In this document: piece after piece, positions 38,766-48,945 of the stretch
How the letters are laid out: every line of letters begins with the position of its first letter
Numbering within the stretch: position 1 is the stretch's first letter
Assembly: GCA_003696675.1 (NCBI GenBank)
Contig: RFGH01000074.1
Span: 43,170 to 107,169, forward strand
From: Planctomycetota bacterium
GTDB taxonomy: Bacteria; Planctomycetota; Phycisphaerae; Phycisphaerales; UBA1924
Direction of reading: 5' to 3'
Length of the DNA: 64,000 nucleotides
The notes under the pieces: model-generated
What the model was told of the DNA's origin: nothing
The model's database searches: none
Seen by the model: the letters and a program-made list of their open reading frames with translations, nothing else
Position numbers and translations under genes: made by a program

Positions 38766-39398
38766 TCAGCCGTCGCCGAGCAGTTCGGCGAGCTTTGACA
38801 CGACCTGCTCATCGTCCGGGCGCGTGCGGGGCTCGAACCGGGCGACGACCTCACCCTCGCGGTTGATCAGGAACTTCGTGAAGTTCCAGGTCGGCTCCCC
38901 CCCGAGCGGCTCGGGAAGCTTGGCGAGCTGGCGATAGAGCGGATGGGCGTCCTCACCCTTCACACTGATCTTGGCAGCCATCGGGAAGGTCACATGGTAG
39001 GTTCCGGTGCAAAACTCGAGAATCTGCTCATTGGTGCCGGGTTCCTGGCCCATGAAGTTATTGGCCGGGAAGCCGATGATCACGAACCCCCGGTCCTTGT
39101 TGGCTCGGTAGAGCTTCTCGAGGGCCTCATACTGGGGGGTCAGGCCGCATTTGCTCGCGGTGTTGACGACCATGACGACCTTGCCCTTGTACGCCTCGAA
39201 GGATGTGGGCGTGCCGTCGATTAGGTCGAACTTCTGCTTGAGAATGTTGGCGGACACGGGCTGGCTCTCTTTGGCGGCTTCGGGCTCGGAGAACTGGGCT
39301 TCGGACCGGGCCGACCACCCGCCCAGCCCGGCGATCAGAGCGATCGGGAACAACGCCGCAAGTGCCGCCATACGCAGAGAACACGCCGAGCAAGCCAT
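38766..39398 (-). CDS. Glutathione peroxidase-family protein (Cys type) with a signal peptide
   Basis: 210 aa. VVNTASKCGLTPQYEALEKLY, GFPANNFMGQEPG and WNFTKFLI motifs are present. The start could instead be the internal Met at 39371. Confidence 0.9.
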   Translation of the reverse strand: MACSACSLRMAALAALFPIALIAGLGGWSARSEAQFSEPEAAKESQPVSANILKQKFDLIDGTPTSFEAYKGKVVMVVNTASKCGLTPQYEALEKLYRANKDRGFVIIGFPANNFMGQEPGTNEQILEFCTGTYHVTFPMAAKISVKGEDAHPLYRQLAKLPEPLGGEPTWNFTKFLINREGEVVARFEPRTRPDDEQVVSKLAELLGDG

Positions 39399-39430
39399 CT
39401 GAGATCCCTTCCGGGTCGTACCCTGTTGCG

Positions 39431-40276
39431 ATGGACGCCCACGCGCCCGAATCCGACATTGTCAACCCCCGCGGGGGTGCTCTTCTTTCCCGAACCATCC
39501 GGTTTGCCGTCAACCCGGACGGTTCGACCTCCGGCCCAAACGGGTTCGCCGGTCGCCCGGCGATGCGGGGGCTTGGACGATTCTACGAGATGACATTCGT
39601 CCTGCGAGGCGAGCCGGACGCACGGACGGGGTACATCGTGGGAATCCAAGACATCGATGCGGCCGCCAGGTCGGCGGTCCTGCCGCTGGTGGCCGGGGCC
39701 TGCCGGGACACCCCCACCGCCGAGCCGGCGGCCCTGCTGCCCGGGCTCTGGGACGCCGCAGCCCGGGCCATGCCCCGCCCGCTGGCCCGGATGGCTTGGA
39801 ACCTGACCCCAACCTACGCCGTGGAGATGACCGTGGAAGACCAAACCGACAACCGGGTGCAGATCCGCCAGAGCTTCGACTTCGCGGCCGCCCACCGGCT
39901 GCACAGCCCGGACCTATCCGACGAGCAGAACCGGTCGATCTTCGGCAAGTGCAACAACCCCTCAGGTCATGGGCACAACTATCGAATCGAGCCGGTCATC
40001 AGCGTGCCGGTCTCAGCTGCCGACCGGTTCGATCTGGCGGCGTTCGAGGAAGTCGTCGAGCGGGTGGTCATCGATCGGTTCGACCACAAGCACCTCAACA
40101 TCGACACGCTGGATTTCGATCAGTCCGGCGGCGGGGTGATACCCAGCGTCGAACGAATTGCGATGGTCTGCCACGACCGGCTTGCCGGTCCGGTGCGGGA
40201 TCTGCTGCCGGGCGCCGAACTGCTGCGTGTGACGGTCTGGGAGACAGACCGGACGAGTTGCACCTACCCTGGCTGA
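39431..40276 (+). CDS. 6-pyruvoyl-tetrahydropterin / 6-carboxytetrahydropterin synthase family protein, double length
   Basis: 281 aa. The C-terminal half has FDFAAAHRL....GKCNNPSGHGHNYRIE....FDHKHLN. The N-terminal half looks like a degenerate second PTPS repeat. Start chosen at ATG 39431. Confidence 0.8.
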   Translation: MDAHAPESDIVNPRGGALLSRTIRFAVNPDGSTSGPNGFAGRPAMRGLGRFYEMTFVLRGEPDARTGYIVGIQDIDAAARSAVLPLVAGACRDTPTAEPAALLPGLWDAAARAMPRPLARMAWNLTPTYAVEMTVEDQTDNRVQIRQSFDFAAAHRLHSPDLSDEQNRSIFGKCNNPSGHGHNYRIEPVISVPVSAADRFDLAAFEEVVERVVIDRFDHKHLNIDTLDFDQSGGGVIPSVERIAMVCHDRLAGPVRDLLPGAELLRVTVWETDRTSCTYPG

Positions 40277-40319
40277 AGTACCGGACTCAACGCCACGCAT
40301 TTCCTATCCTCCGGCTGAG

Positions 40320-41345
40320 TTGCCGCCGGACCCCACCAAGATCCTGCTCATCCGCCCCAGCGCCCTCGGGGACATCTGCCGCACAGTGCCGGTCGTGGCC
40401 GCGCTTCGGGCTCGGTATCCCGAGGCCCGGATCGAGTGGATGATCCAGCACGGATTCGAGGACGCGGTGCGGCACCACCCCGCGGTCGGGGCGATCGTGC
40501 CCTTCCCCCGCAAGGACCTCGGCAGGCAGCTGGTGCGGGGTCGGATCGGCGAGACGCGGGCATTCCTGCGGTCTCTCAAGGACGCCGGCTACGACATGGT
40601 TCTCGATGCCCAGGGTCTCGCCCGCAGTGGGCTGTTTATGTGGGCGACCCGGGCGGCCCGCCGGATCGGGTACCGACAGGCCCAGGAGTTCGCTTGGCTC
40701 GGAGCCAACGAGCGGGTGGATGCCCCGATGAACCTGCACACGGTCGACCGGATGCTACGGCTGGCCGAACGGGCCGGGGCCGATGTCACAAAGCCCGACA
40801 TGCGGCTCTACGCCGACCCCGACGCGGTGTCGCAGGTGGTTATCGAGCACCCCGAGCGGTACGCGGTGCTCGCCCCCACTTCCCGCTGGGCGTCCAAGCG
40901 GTGGCCCGACGACCGATTCGCGGCTTTGGCGAAGCGTCTGCTTGAGGACCACCTGTTCGAGCGTGTCATTTTCGTTGGTGCACCGGGCGAGCGAGCCCAG
41001 TGCCCTGCGTGTGTTGCCGTCGCGAGCGAACACCCCCGCATCACCGACCGCATCGGCTCGACCTCGATCGCGATGCTGATGGCCCTGATCAGCCGATCGG
41101 CGTTGGTCGTCGCCAACGACTCGGCCGCCCTGCATATGGCGGTCGGCTTCGGCCGCCCCACTGTCGCCCTCTTCGGCCCGACCGACACCGCCCGCGTCGG
41201 ACCCTACCGGCGCGACGGCGATGTGATCCAGCACCGCCGGGCCGGTGACCCGATCAACCACAAGGACGACGCGAATGCCGCCATGATGGAGCGGATCTCC
41301 GTCGACGAGGTGGCCGAGGCGTGCCGGGCGAGGCTCTCAGCCTGA
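40320..41345 (+). CDS. Glycosyltransferase family 9 (LPS heptosyltransferase-like)
   Basis: 341 aa. KILLIRPSALGDICRTVPVVAALRARYP..IEWM and the C-terminal NDSAALHMAVGFGRPTVALFGPT match GT9. It apparently starts at TTG, with no in-frame ATG or GTG nearby. Confidence 0.85.
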   Translation: MPPDPTKILLIRPSALGDICRTVPVVAALRARYPEARIEWMIQHGFEDAVRHHPAVGAIVPFPRKDLGRQLVRGRIGETRAFLRSLKDAGYDMVLDAQGLARSGLFMWATRAARRIGYRQAQEFAWLGANERVDAPMNLHTVDRMLRLAERAGADVTKPDMRLYADPDAVSQVVIEHPERYAVLAPTSRWASKRWPDDRFAALAKRLLEDHLFERVIFVGAPGERAQCPACVAVASEHPRITDRIGSTSIAMLMALISRSALVVANDSAALHMAVGFGRPTVALFGPTDTARVGPYRRDGDVIQHRRAGDPINHKDDANAAMMERISVDEVAEACRARLSA

Positions 41346-42452
41346 TCAGGCTTTGGCCGCCGCGGCGTGCTCGTGGGCGAATGCCTTCATGAACTCGACA
41401 AGCGCTTTGGCGCCCTCGATCGGGAATGCGTTGTACATGCTCGCCCGCATGCCCTTGGTGATGCGGTGCCCGGTCAGCCCGCTGAGCCCCTTCCTGTCCG
41501 CCTGCTCGGTGAACTGCGCGTCCAGTTCCGGTGTTGGGCAGCGGAAGGTGATGTTCATCAGTGAGCGGGAGTCCTTCTGCGCGTGCGGCACATAGAAGTC
41601 CTGACTGTCGAGGTAGTCATAGACGATCTTCGCCTTGGCCGCGTTTCGCTCGGCCATCGCCTTGAGCCCGCCCTCGGCCAGGATCCACTTGAACACCTCG
41701 CCCATCAGGTACACACCGAAGGTATTGGGCGTGTTGAAGCGGCCCTCGGCTTTCGCATGGTTCTGGTACTTGACCATCTCGGGCAGCGGGCGAGGGCTCA
41801 GCTCCAGCACATCTTTGCGGGCGATCAGCAGCGTGATCCCCGAAGGCCCAAGATTCTTCTGTGCGCCGGCGTAGATCAGCCCGTACTTGCGCACATCGAT
41901 CGGACGGGAGAAGATGTTGCTCGACGCGTCCGACACGAGAAAGGCACCGTCAGGTATCCCCTCAGGCTCGCCCTTCCACTCGGTGCCCACGATCGTGTTG
42001 TTCGAGGTAAACTGCACATAGACTGGGTTGGCCGAATATTTGATGTCGTCCTTCGCGGGGATGCGGTCGAAGTTGGTGGCCTTGCTGGAACCGCAGATAT
42101 GGCATTCGCCGTAAAGCGGCACCTCGCGGATCGAGTCGCACGCCCACTTGCCGGTCTCGAAGTAGTCGGCGGTCTGGCCCTCGCCGAGGAAGTTGGCAGG
42201 TACCATGTAGCATTGGCTCGTCGCGCCGCCCTGCATCCAGAAGACGCTGTAATCATCGGGGATATTGCCGACCTCGCGGCACAGGGCCTCGGTCTCATGG
42301 GTGATGCGATCGAACACCTTGCCGCGGTGCGAGTGCTCGAGAATACCGATACCCGAACCGTCGATGTCGTAGATGTCCTTCTGGGCCTGTTTGAGCACGG
42401 ACTCGGGCAGACAGGCGGGCCCGGCGGAGAAGTTGAACACGCGGTTGCTCAT
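41346..42452 (-). CDS. serC: Phosphoserine aminotransferase
   Basis: 368 aa from ATG 42452. VFNFSAGPACLPESVL, HRGKVF and the GAQKNLGPSG region are present. The 452-aa track ORF has a G/R/P-rich spurious extension. Confidence 0.92.
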   Translation of the reverse strand: MSNRVFNFSAGPACLPESVLKQAQKDIYDIDGSGIGILEHSHRGKVFDRITHETEALCREVGNIPDDYSVFWMQGGATSQCYMVPANFLGEGQTADYFETGKWACDSIREVPLYGECHICGSSKATNFDRIPAKDDIKYSANPVYVQFTSNNTIVGTEWKGEPEGIPDGAFLVSDASSNIFSRPIDVRKYGLIYAGAQKNLGPSGITLLIARKDVLELSPRPLPEMVKYQNHAKAEGRFNTPNTFGVYLMGEVFKWILAEGGLKAMAERNAAKAKIVYDYLDSQDFYVPHAQKDSRSLMNITFRCPTPELDAQFTEQADRKGLSGLTGHRITKGMRASMYNAFPIEGAKALVEFMKAFAHEHAAAAKA

Positions 42453-42505
42453 GGTCGTTCCTCGCCCGGTCCCCGGGCCGTGAGAGTGGTCCAGTGCGTA
42501 CCCCG

Positions 42506-43534
42506 TCAGCGGGACCCGGCCGGCTGGCCGGGCGTCCCGGTCAGGGAGGCGCCATTGACGATATGCAGGGGCGTGCCGGTCTCGATCAGGGTCCGCACCA
42601 CCCGGACCACTTCCTCGGCCACCGCCGCCTGGGCCTGATCCGTGCTCGCCCCGCAGTGGTGCGTCAACGCTGCGCCCGGGATCTCGGCGATTTTCGTGGT
42701 CCACCCGACGGCCTTGGCCGTGGGCTGGTCCTGGTAGACATCCACACCGACCCGGATGTCCTTCTCTTTCGCGGCCGCCACCATTGCAGCCTCGTCAACG
42801 ATGTCGCCCCGCGAGGTATTGATGAAGAATGAACCCGGCTTCATTGCAGCGAAGAACCGCGCATCGCAGAGCCCCTTCGTATCCGGAGTCGACGCCACAT
42901 GGACGCTGACGGCATCGACCTGACCCAGCGCTTCGTACAACGCCTCGCGGGTGTAGGGGATCAGGCGGATCCCGAGCGCCCGGGCCGTATCCTCACGCAA
43001 GGACCGGGACTGGGCCCATACATTCATGCCGAACGCCTGGGCCCGCTTGGTCATCTCAACGCCGATCGCCCCGAGGCCAAGGATCAAAAGCGTCCGGCCC
43101 TTGAGCCCGCGAGCCTTGGCGAACTCCCCCTTGTTCCACTGTCCGCCCCGCAGCGCGATCGTCTGCTCGCCGATCCGCCGGTCCAGGGTGATCAGGTGGC
43201 CCATCGCCAGCTCCGCCACGGCGACGGCGTTCATGCCGGGCGTGTTGCAGACCGGCACGCCGGCCTTTCCCGCGGCCGCGGTGTCAATGTTGTCATACCC
43301 CGCGCCGGCACGGATGACGCAACGAAGATCGAGACACGCTTCGAACACCGACGCGGGAACCTTTGTTGACCGAACCACCAGCACCGATGCTTCGGTCGCT
43401 TTGATGGCCGCCGGTAGGGTGTCAGGCCCCAGATCGGGGTCGACATAGACCCGGCACCCAAGCTCGCTGAGCCCGGCCACCCCGGCCTCCTCGAACTTGT
43501 CGGCGATCAGAACATTCGGCGCTTGGTCGGTCAT
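42506..43534 (-). CDS. serA: D-3-phosphoglycerate dehydrogenase (short 2-hydroxyacid dehydrogenase type)
   Basis: 342 aa. GLGAIG is the NAD-binding site, and RGDIVD and HH.GAST motifs are present. It is immediately upstream of serC. Confidence 0.85.
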   Translation of the reverse strand: MTDQAPNVLIADKFEEAGVAGLSELGCRVYVDPDLGPDTLPAAIKATEASVLVVRSTKVPASVFEACLDLRCVIRAGAGYDNIDTAAAGKAGVPVCNTPGMNAVAVAELAMGHLITLDRRIGEQTIALRGGQWNKGEFAKARGLKGRTLLILGLGAIGVEMTKRAQAFGMNVWAQSRSLREDTARALGIRLIPYTREALYEALGQVDAVSVHVASTPDTKGLCDARFFAAMKPGSFFINTSRGDIVDEAAMVAAAKEKDIRVGVDVYQDQPTAKAVGWTTKIAEIPGAALTHHCGASTDQAQAAVAEEVVRVVRTLIETGTPLHIVNGASLTGTPGQPAGSR

Positions 43535-43603
43535 GCTGGCTCCCTCCGCGGCGGGTTGCCGCGCGAGAACAGCGTATCGCGACCGACGGACTCCGGACGC
43601 ACC

Positions 43604-44596
43604 TCAGTCGACGGGCTGGCCCGTCGAAATCTCTTTCCCACCGAAATCGATGCCTTTGAGCCCCCCGCGGGTCCACCGAAACGCACCCACAAAGTCCTCT
43701 GTGCCCACGCCTGGCGTGGTCTCCCGAATGAGGGTTGGTTCTGGACTCGTCGGGTTGAGCGGCTGGAATCCAGGATTCGACTCGTCGATGCCCCGTACCG
43801 TGACGGCCCCATCGAAGGTGAGTATGGGCTGCCGCGATCCAGGGCGGTAATACAGCTGATCATCCTCGGCGAAGTGCCGGTCGTAGGTATCGAACATGTA
43901 CGCCTTGGATGCCGGGAACGCGACCTCTACAGCACGACGATTTTGAAGGTAGTTCGGGGGACGATTGAACACTTGCCACGCGTTGAGGTGCTGCTCGATC
44001 GGACCACGCACACTGGTAATCTGATCGACGGAGTAGGTGACGACCGATGTTTCATAAGAACTCTCGTACTTGCGCTTGACGAGTTGCGGCAAGAACTGCT
44101 CCACAGGTGTTTGGGCGCGATCGAACTGCTCGGCATCTTCAGGACAGACAGCCACCGGTTCCTCGGGATTCGCAGTGAGGTAATCCAGGAAGACAAGATG
44201 CGTGAACCAGAGATGCGGGAACCATGTGGATGTTTCTCTGGGAATCGCATCGATTCCAGTGCGTGTTCGCATGATAAAGACCGCCTGATTCGGCGTGCTC
44301 TCTAAATCGGTGGATGCGAGTCGCAGATCCGTGTAATCGGTCGACTGGACCACTCCGCCACGCCATGAAAAACCCGGGATGTAGTCGCCCTCCTCGGTGG
44401 AGTAAACGCTTGACGCCTGCCCGAGCTGTCGAAGATTGGCAGAGCAAAGCATCGTGCGAGCCGCCCGTCGCGCCCCGCCCAAGGCGGGCAACAAAATCCC
44501 GACAAGCACGGCAATGATCGCGATGACCACCAGCAGCTCGATGAGCGTGAAGCCCGGCCTGCGAATGGATCGGATCATGGGCATCGAGAGTGTCAT
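43604..44596 (-). CDS. Prepilin-type N-terminal cleavage/methylation domain protein, DUF1559-like (second copy)
   Basis: 330 aa. RRPG|[30 protein letters not shown]+C is visibly lower than in the neighbours. The ATG overlaps the upstream stop (ATGA). Confidence 0.85.
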   Translation of the reverse strand: MTLSMPMIRSIRRPGFTLIELLVVIAIIAVLVGILLPALGGARRAARTMLCSANLRQLGQASSVYSTEEGDYIPGFSWRGGVVQSTDYTDLRLASTDLESTPNQAVFIMRTRTGIDAIPRETSTWFPHLWFTHLVFLDYLTANPEEPVAVCPEDAEQFDRAQTPVEQFLPQLVKRKYESSYETSVVTYSVDQITSVRGPIEQHLNAWQVFNRPPNYLQNRRAVEVAFPASKAYMFDTYDRHFAEDDQLYYRPGSRQPILTFDGAVTVRGIDESNPGFQPLNPTSPEPTLIRETTPGVGTEDFVGAFRWTRGGLKGIDFGGKEISTGQPVD

Positions 44597-45459
44597 CCCT
44601 CAGCGACCGCCGGCTGCGAGTCCGCCGGTGTGGACTTGGTGCGAACAACTGCCCCATAGAAGAGGCTGACCAGAACCACCAGCGCCGCGAGCACGAGCGC
44701 GATCACACCCCGCGTGCGGTCCTTCTCGGCCTGCTCCCGCCACCGGGCCGCCCTGTCCCGAATACCGCGTTCGGCCGCCGCGTCTGAAGGCTCTGCTCCA
44801 GAGAAGCCCGCGGGCTGGATCGCCGCCGCGGCCTGCGCTGGGGGCGAGCCCGCCTGCATGGCCAGCACCTCGGGCGAGCCCTTGCCGGGCAGTGGCCTGA
44901 CTTCGCCCACACCGAGGTGCTGACGATCGCGATCCACCGAGAACGACGCGTGGCAGGACGGACACTGGAACGCGTCCTTGGACACCGAAGCACGGCAGTT
45001 GTGGCAGAAGCCCAGACGCTGAGCCACGCCGGGCGTATGCCGCGCCAAGGTCCAGAACTGGCGGGTGCTCGGACCGCGAAGCACGGCGTCCGGACCGATC
45101 TGCCCGGCATCGACCATGCGGATCAGGGTTTCGTAGGTGCATCCGGGACGGTGGGGAGATCGGTCATCGCGGATGAACCATGGGCCCATTTGATTCTGGG
45201 TCGCCTGACGGCTGAGCGGATCGAACCGACCGCCACAGGATGCGCAGCGATCTGCACCGGGCGTGGCGGAGCCGCAATATGGGCATAGGACGGACCGGGG
45301 GATGGGGCGGGGCAGCTCACCCGCCACGCCCATCGCCTCACGCATCGCGGCCGCTCGGGCACCGCCGTTGGTTCCAAAAACATCATCCATGCCTGTCAAT
45401 CTACGCGAATCGGATGCCATCGGTTGACCCGCAGGATCCGGCGGCGTCGGATAGACCAT
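44593..45459 (-). CDS. Zinc-ribbon / GYF_2-like domain protein with a C-terminal TM anchor
   Basis: CPYCGS....CASCGG is followed by the GYF_2-like segment GPWFIRDD....[22 protein letters not shown].....W. A second ribbon (CHNCRAS....CPSCH) and a TM helix ([21 protein letters not shown]) follow. The start is uncertain: Met at 45459, 45420 or 45390. Confidence 0.7.
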   Translation of the reverse strand: MVYPTPPDPAGQPMASDSRRLTGMDDVFGTNGGARAAAMREAMGVAGELPRPIPRSVLCPYCGSATPGADRCASCGGRFDPLSRQATQNQMGPWFIRDDRSPHRPGCTYETLIRMVDAGQIGPDAVLRGPSTRQFWTLARHTPGVAQRLGFCHNCRASVSKDAFQCPSCHASFSVDRDRQHLGVGEVRPLPGKGSPEVLAMQAGSPPAQAAAAIQPAGFSGAEPSDAAAERGIRDRAARWREQAEKDRTRGVIALVLAALVVLVSLFYGAVVRTKSTPADSQPAVAEG

Positions 45460-46444
45460 GCAAATCGGAAGAATCCCCCCGACGCTGATGCTCGCGACCG
45501 CGATGGCTACCCAGATCGGGTGCGGGGCATCCGATCCACGACGCGGGCAGGGAGAAGTCCGACAAACACCGGCTGTTCAGAGTTCTCCCGCCGCCGACCT
45601 GCGTCCACCGGCCCTTGTTCTGGGGTCACCTGTGGAATGGAGCGAGCTCCAGAGTCTGCTCTCGGAGGCTGCGGGACGGGTCGTGCTGGAGGAGATCGCC
45701 CTTGGCAGGGCGTTGGATCGAGAAACCGCCCGCCGCGGAATCTCGGTGTCTGAGTCGATGGTCCGCGCAGAAGAAGATGCCTTGCTCGGGGAACTGGCGT
45801 CGGCTGGACCCATGGGATCACGGGTCGAGGTTCTGGACCGAATCCGCACCGCCCGGGGGCTTGGTCCGCGACGCTTCGAGGGTCTGCTCCGCAGAAACGC
45901 CGCGTTGAGGGCGCTCGTCGCCGAGCAGAGCCGCCCGCAGACCGAGGAGATCGAGCTTACCGAACGGATCGCGTTCGGGCCGGCGTACCGGATTCGGCTG
46001 TTCGTGTCCGCCTCTGACCGGGATGCAGCGACGGCCCGCGAGCGGGTGATCGGTGTGGATTCCCCGGCGCTTCGAGCCATGGTCATGAGTGCGGTCTGCA
46101 CAGAAAGCTCCGCGCACCCCTCGGCCGCGAACGGGGGACTGATCGAGCGGTTCAGCCCGTTCGATCCGGCGTACCCGGCGATCGCCCGCGACACGGCGGG
46201 CCAACTCTCGCCCGGAGAAGTCTCATCGGTGATGGCGACGCCGGGCGGCTTTGCTTTCATGATGCTCGAACAACCCATCGCCGCCCGCGAACCCAGTGAT
46301 GCCGAGCGCGAACAGGTGGAGCGGCGATTGCGGATCCGCAAAGAACGGCTCGCGATGGAACGGCTCGCTGGCGAGTTGCTTGGGCGGACGGAGGTCAGCC
46401 CGATCGATCCGGATCTTGCCCGGGCGTGGCGAGACGGACGATGA
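45458..46444 (+). CDS. Putative lipoprotein with a SurA/PrsA-like chaperone region and a degenerate parvulin-type PPIase domain
   Basis: 328 aa. The signal ends QIGC. The C-terminal third has NGGLIERFSPFDPAYPAIARDTAGQLSPGEVSSVMATPGGFAFMML, which resembles a parvulin fold pattern. Confidence 0.5.
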   Translation: MQIGRIPPTLMLATAMATQIGCGASDPRRGQGEVRQTPAVQSSPAADLRPPALVLGSPVEWSELQSLLSEAAGRVVLEEIALGRALDRETARRGISVSESMVRAEEDALLGELASAGPMGSRVEVLDRIRTARGLGPRRFEGLLRRNAALRALVAEQSRPQTEEIELTERIAFGPAYRIRLFVSASDRDAATARERVIGVDSPALRAMVMSAVCTESSAHPSAANGGLIERFSPFDPAYPAIARDTAGQLSPGEVSSVMATPGGFAFMMLEQPIAAREPSDAEREQVERRLRIRKERLAMERLAGELLGRTEVSPIDPDLARAWRDGR

Positions 46445-47313
46445 TCGACCATCGGGGCTCGCGTGGTGTGTCCGCCGCGGGTGTGGCCCGGATCGCGGGA
46501 CATCTGGCGGTATGGCCGGGGCTGTACGCGGCTGCAGTGCTGCTGCTCCTGACATGGCTGACGAACACGACGGTCGGGCGGTCTGATCTGGCACTCGGCC
46601 TTGGATTCGTATTCCTGTGCGGGCAGGCAGCGTACCTGCTCGATCGAGTGAAGTTGTCGGGCGATCGAATGGATCCCTCCGATCGTGCATCACAGCCCGA
46701 CCGGCACGCGTTTCTGATAGGCATCGCGCGGATCGCACGCGGTCTGGCAGCGACCGAACTGCTGCTCGCGTCCCTGATCGGCGCGGCAATGTCGCCGTGG
46801 CTCGCTCCGGTACCGCTCGGGGTAGGGATCGGCGTTTGGCTGTACGCTGGGCGTCCGGCCGATCCGGCTCGCCCCCGCCCCAAGGATTGGCCGACGGCCA
46901 AAGCACTGCTCGTGGCGGCGGCTCATACCGCGCTCGCCACGGCGGTGATCTTCGCCCTGGCCCCGCTCGCCCGTGAGCATGTGGTGAATCTCGCGGAGGC
47001 TTGCGTGATTCTGTCCCTGCTTGTGCTCGCGGACGCCGTGGTGTGCGATCTGGATGATCTTGAAGCGGATCGCACCTTCGGAACGCGGTCGGTTCCCGTT
47101 GAGATCGGCGTGCAACGCAGTTGGATCCTCGCGGCCGTGACCTACGCCGGGTGCGGAATCGCGGTCTGGACGCTGCGTCCCTTGCGGTCTGCGGTGGTGC
47201 TGACAGCGTTGCTGACGGTATCGTGCGCGGCGGCCACTGTCATTCGCAGGCGCCGGGACTTCATCGACGCCCGCCTGATCGTGCTTGCCGCCTTGTGCCT
47301 ATGGCTTGGCTGA
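46441..47313 (+). CDS. UbiA-family prenyltransferase
   Basis: About 290 aa and polytopic. The second Asp-rich motif is CDLDDLEADRTFGTRSVPVEIG. The ATG at 46441 overlaps the upstream stop (ATGA). Confidence 0.65.
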   Translation: MIDHRGSRGVSAAGVARIAGHLAVWPGLYAAAVLLLLTWLTNTTVGRSDLALGLGFVFLCGQAAYLLDRVKLSGDRMDPSDRASQPDRHAFLIGIARIARGLAATELLLASLIGAAMSPWLAPVPLGVGIGVWLYAGRPADPARPRPKDWPTAKALLVAAAHTALATAVIFALAPLAREHVVNLAEACVILSLLVLADAVVCDLDDLEADRTFGTRSVPVEIGVQRSWILAAVTYAGCGIAVWTLRPLRSAVVLTALLTVSCAAATVIRRRRDFIDARLIVLAALCLWLG

Positions 47314-47316
47314 ACC

Positions 47317-48945
47317 TCAGCGGGCGATCTCGATCGCGCGGGTCTCGCGGAGCACCGTGACGCGGATCTCGCCCGGGAAGGTCATCTCGTCGGAAACCTT
47401 CCGCGCGATCTCGTGGGCGATCAGGTACGCCTCGTCATCGCTGACCCGGTCCGCGTCGATCATGACCCGGACCTCGCGCCCGGCCTGCACGGCGTAGGCC
47501 TCGGTCACGCCGGGCTGCGAGAGCGCGATGTCCTGCAGTTCGTTGAGGCGCTGCACATACCGCTCCATGGACTCACGGCGAGCGCCGGGGCGGGCGGCGC
47601 TGACCGCGTCGGCGGCCATGACGATCGGGGTGTACCAGGTGGTCGCGGGGATATCGGCGTGGTGACCGCCGATGGCGTTGAGGACCTCTTCGTCCTTCTC
47701 CCCGTACTGGCGAGCGAAATCCATGCCGATCTTCGGGTGCCCGCCCTCCATCTCGTGGTCCATCGCCTTGCCAATGTCGTGGAGGAACCCGGCCCGGCGA
47801 GCCATTTTCCCATCAAGCCCGAGCTGGTCTGCGATGATCTGAGCCAGGTATGCGACCTCCACTGAATGCTTGAGCACATTCTGGCCGTAGCTGGTGCGGT
47901 ACGACAACCGGCCCATCGCCTCGATGATCTTGGGGTGCAGCCCTTTGAGACCAAGCTCCATGGCCGCGTCCTTGCCGGCCTTGATGATCTTCTCTTGGAC
48001 CTCGCCCTTGACCTTCTCGACAACCTCTTCGATCCGGGTCGGGTGCATGCGACCGTCGGTGATCAATCGTTCGAGCGACTCGACCGCGATTGCCTGGCGA
48101 ACCTTGTCGAAACAGGACACCACGATGACCCCGGGCGTGTCATCGACGATGATATCGGCACCCGTGGCCTTCTCGATCGCCCGAATATTCCGTCCCTCAC
48201 GCCCGATGATCCTTCCCTTCATGTCGTCCGACGGGATCGCCACCGTTCGCACGGTCGACTCGCTGGTCATCTCGTTGGCGTACCGCTGAACGGCGTTGAT
48301 CAGAATCTCGGTGGCTTCCTTCCGGGCGTTCTCCTCGGCCTGCTCCACGATCTGCCGCGTGACCTTGCCCATCTCCTGACGGGTCTTCTCGGCGACGCGC
48401 TCGAGTAACAGTTCGCGGGCTTGGCTCTTGTCGAGCTGGGATACCCGCTGCAGCTCGATCTCTTGGCGCTCCCGCAGTTCGGCGATCTGCTTCTCTTGCT
48501 CGGCGAGCTGCTCGGCCCGCTTGTCCAACCGCGAAGCTTGTTCCGACAGATTTCGCTCCTTGACGGTCAGGGCCTCCTCCTTGCGGTCGACGAGATCTTC
48601 CCGCTTGGCGATGCGTCGCTCGGTCTCCCGAATCTCGGAACGGGCAGTCTCGAGCTCCTTATCCGCCGATTCCTTCCGCTCGAGCGCTTTGCGCTCGGCC
48701 TCGAGCCGAATTTTCTCTGCCGCGTTCTTGGCGTCGTCCTCGGCCCGTCGGATGATCTCGTTGGCCTCGGACTTGGCGTTGGCGAGGGTCTGGCCGGTCA
48801 GAACCCGGGCACCAAAGACACCGATCACCATACCGATCAGCAGCGCGATGCCTGCCGCGATCAGGGTGGTAGCAATGCCACCTGACTGAGCCTGGCCAAG
48901 CGTAACGATCGAAGCACTTGCAAATACAAGAGATACATCGACCAC
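47317..48945 (-). CDS. rny: Ribonuclease Y
   Basis: 542 aa. An N-terminal TM helix is followed by a long Glu/Lys/Arg coiled coil, a KH domain (GRIIGREGRNIRA.E..TG) and an HD domain (LHDIGKA...GHH). Confidence 0.95.
   Translation of the reverse strand: MVDVSLVFASASIVTLGQAQSGGIATTLIAAGIALLIGMVIGVFGARVLTGQTLANAKSEANEIIRRAEDDAKNAAEKIRLEAERKALERKESADKELETARSEIRETERRIAKREDLVDRKEEALTVKERNLSEQASRLDKRAEQLAEQEKQIAELRERQEIELQRVSQLDKSQARELLLERVAEKTRQEMGKVTRQIVEQAEENARKEATEILINAVQRYANEMTSESTVRTVAIPSDDMKGRIIGREGRNIRAIEKATGADIIVDDTPGVIVVSCFDKVRQAIAVESLERLITDGRMHPTRIEEVVEKVKGEVQEKIIKAGKDAAMELGLKGLHPKIIEAMGRLSYRTSYGQNVLKHSVEVAYLAQIIADQLGLDGKMARRAGFLHDIGKAMDHEMEGGHPKIGMDFARQYGEKDEEVLNAIGGHHADIPATTWYTPIVMAADAVSAARPGARRESMERYVQRLNELQDIALSQPGVTEAYAVQAGREVRVMIDADRVSDDEAYLIAHEIARKVSDEMTFPGEIRVTVLRETRAIEIAR

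Noticed and set aside
41338-41351. Perfect 14-bp palindrome AGCCTGATCAGGCT at the GT9/serC junction
   Set aside because: It is simply the two convergent stop codons (TGA/TCA) abutting each other. The effective stem is too short, with no loop, to act as a terminator, and it has no repeat copies elsewhere.
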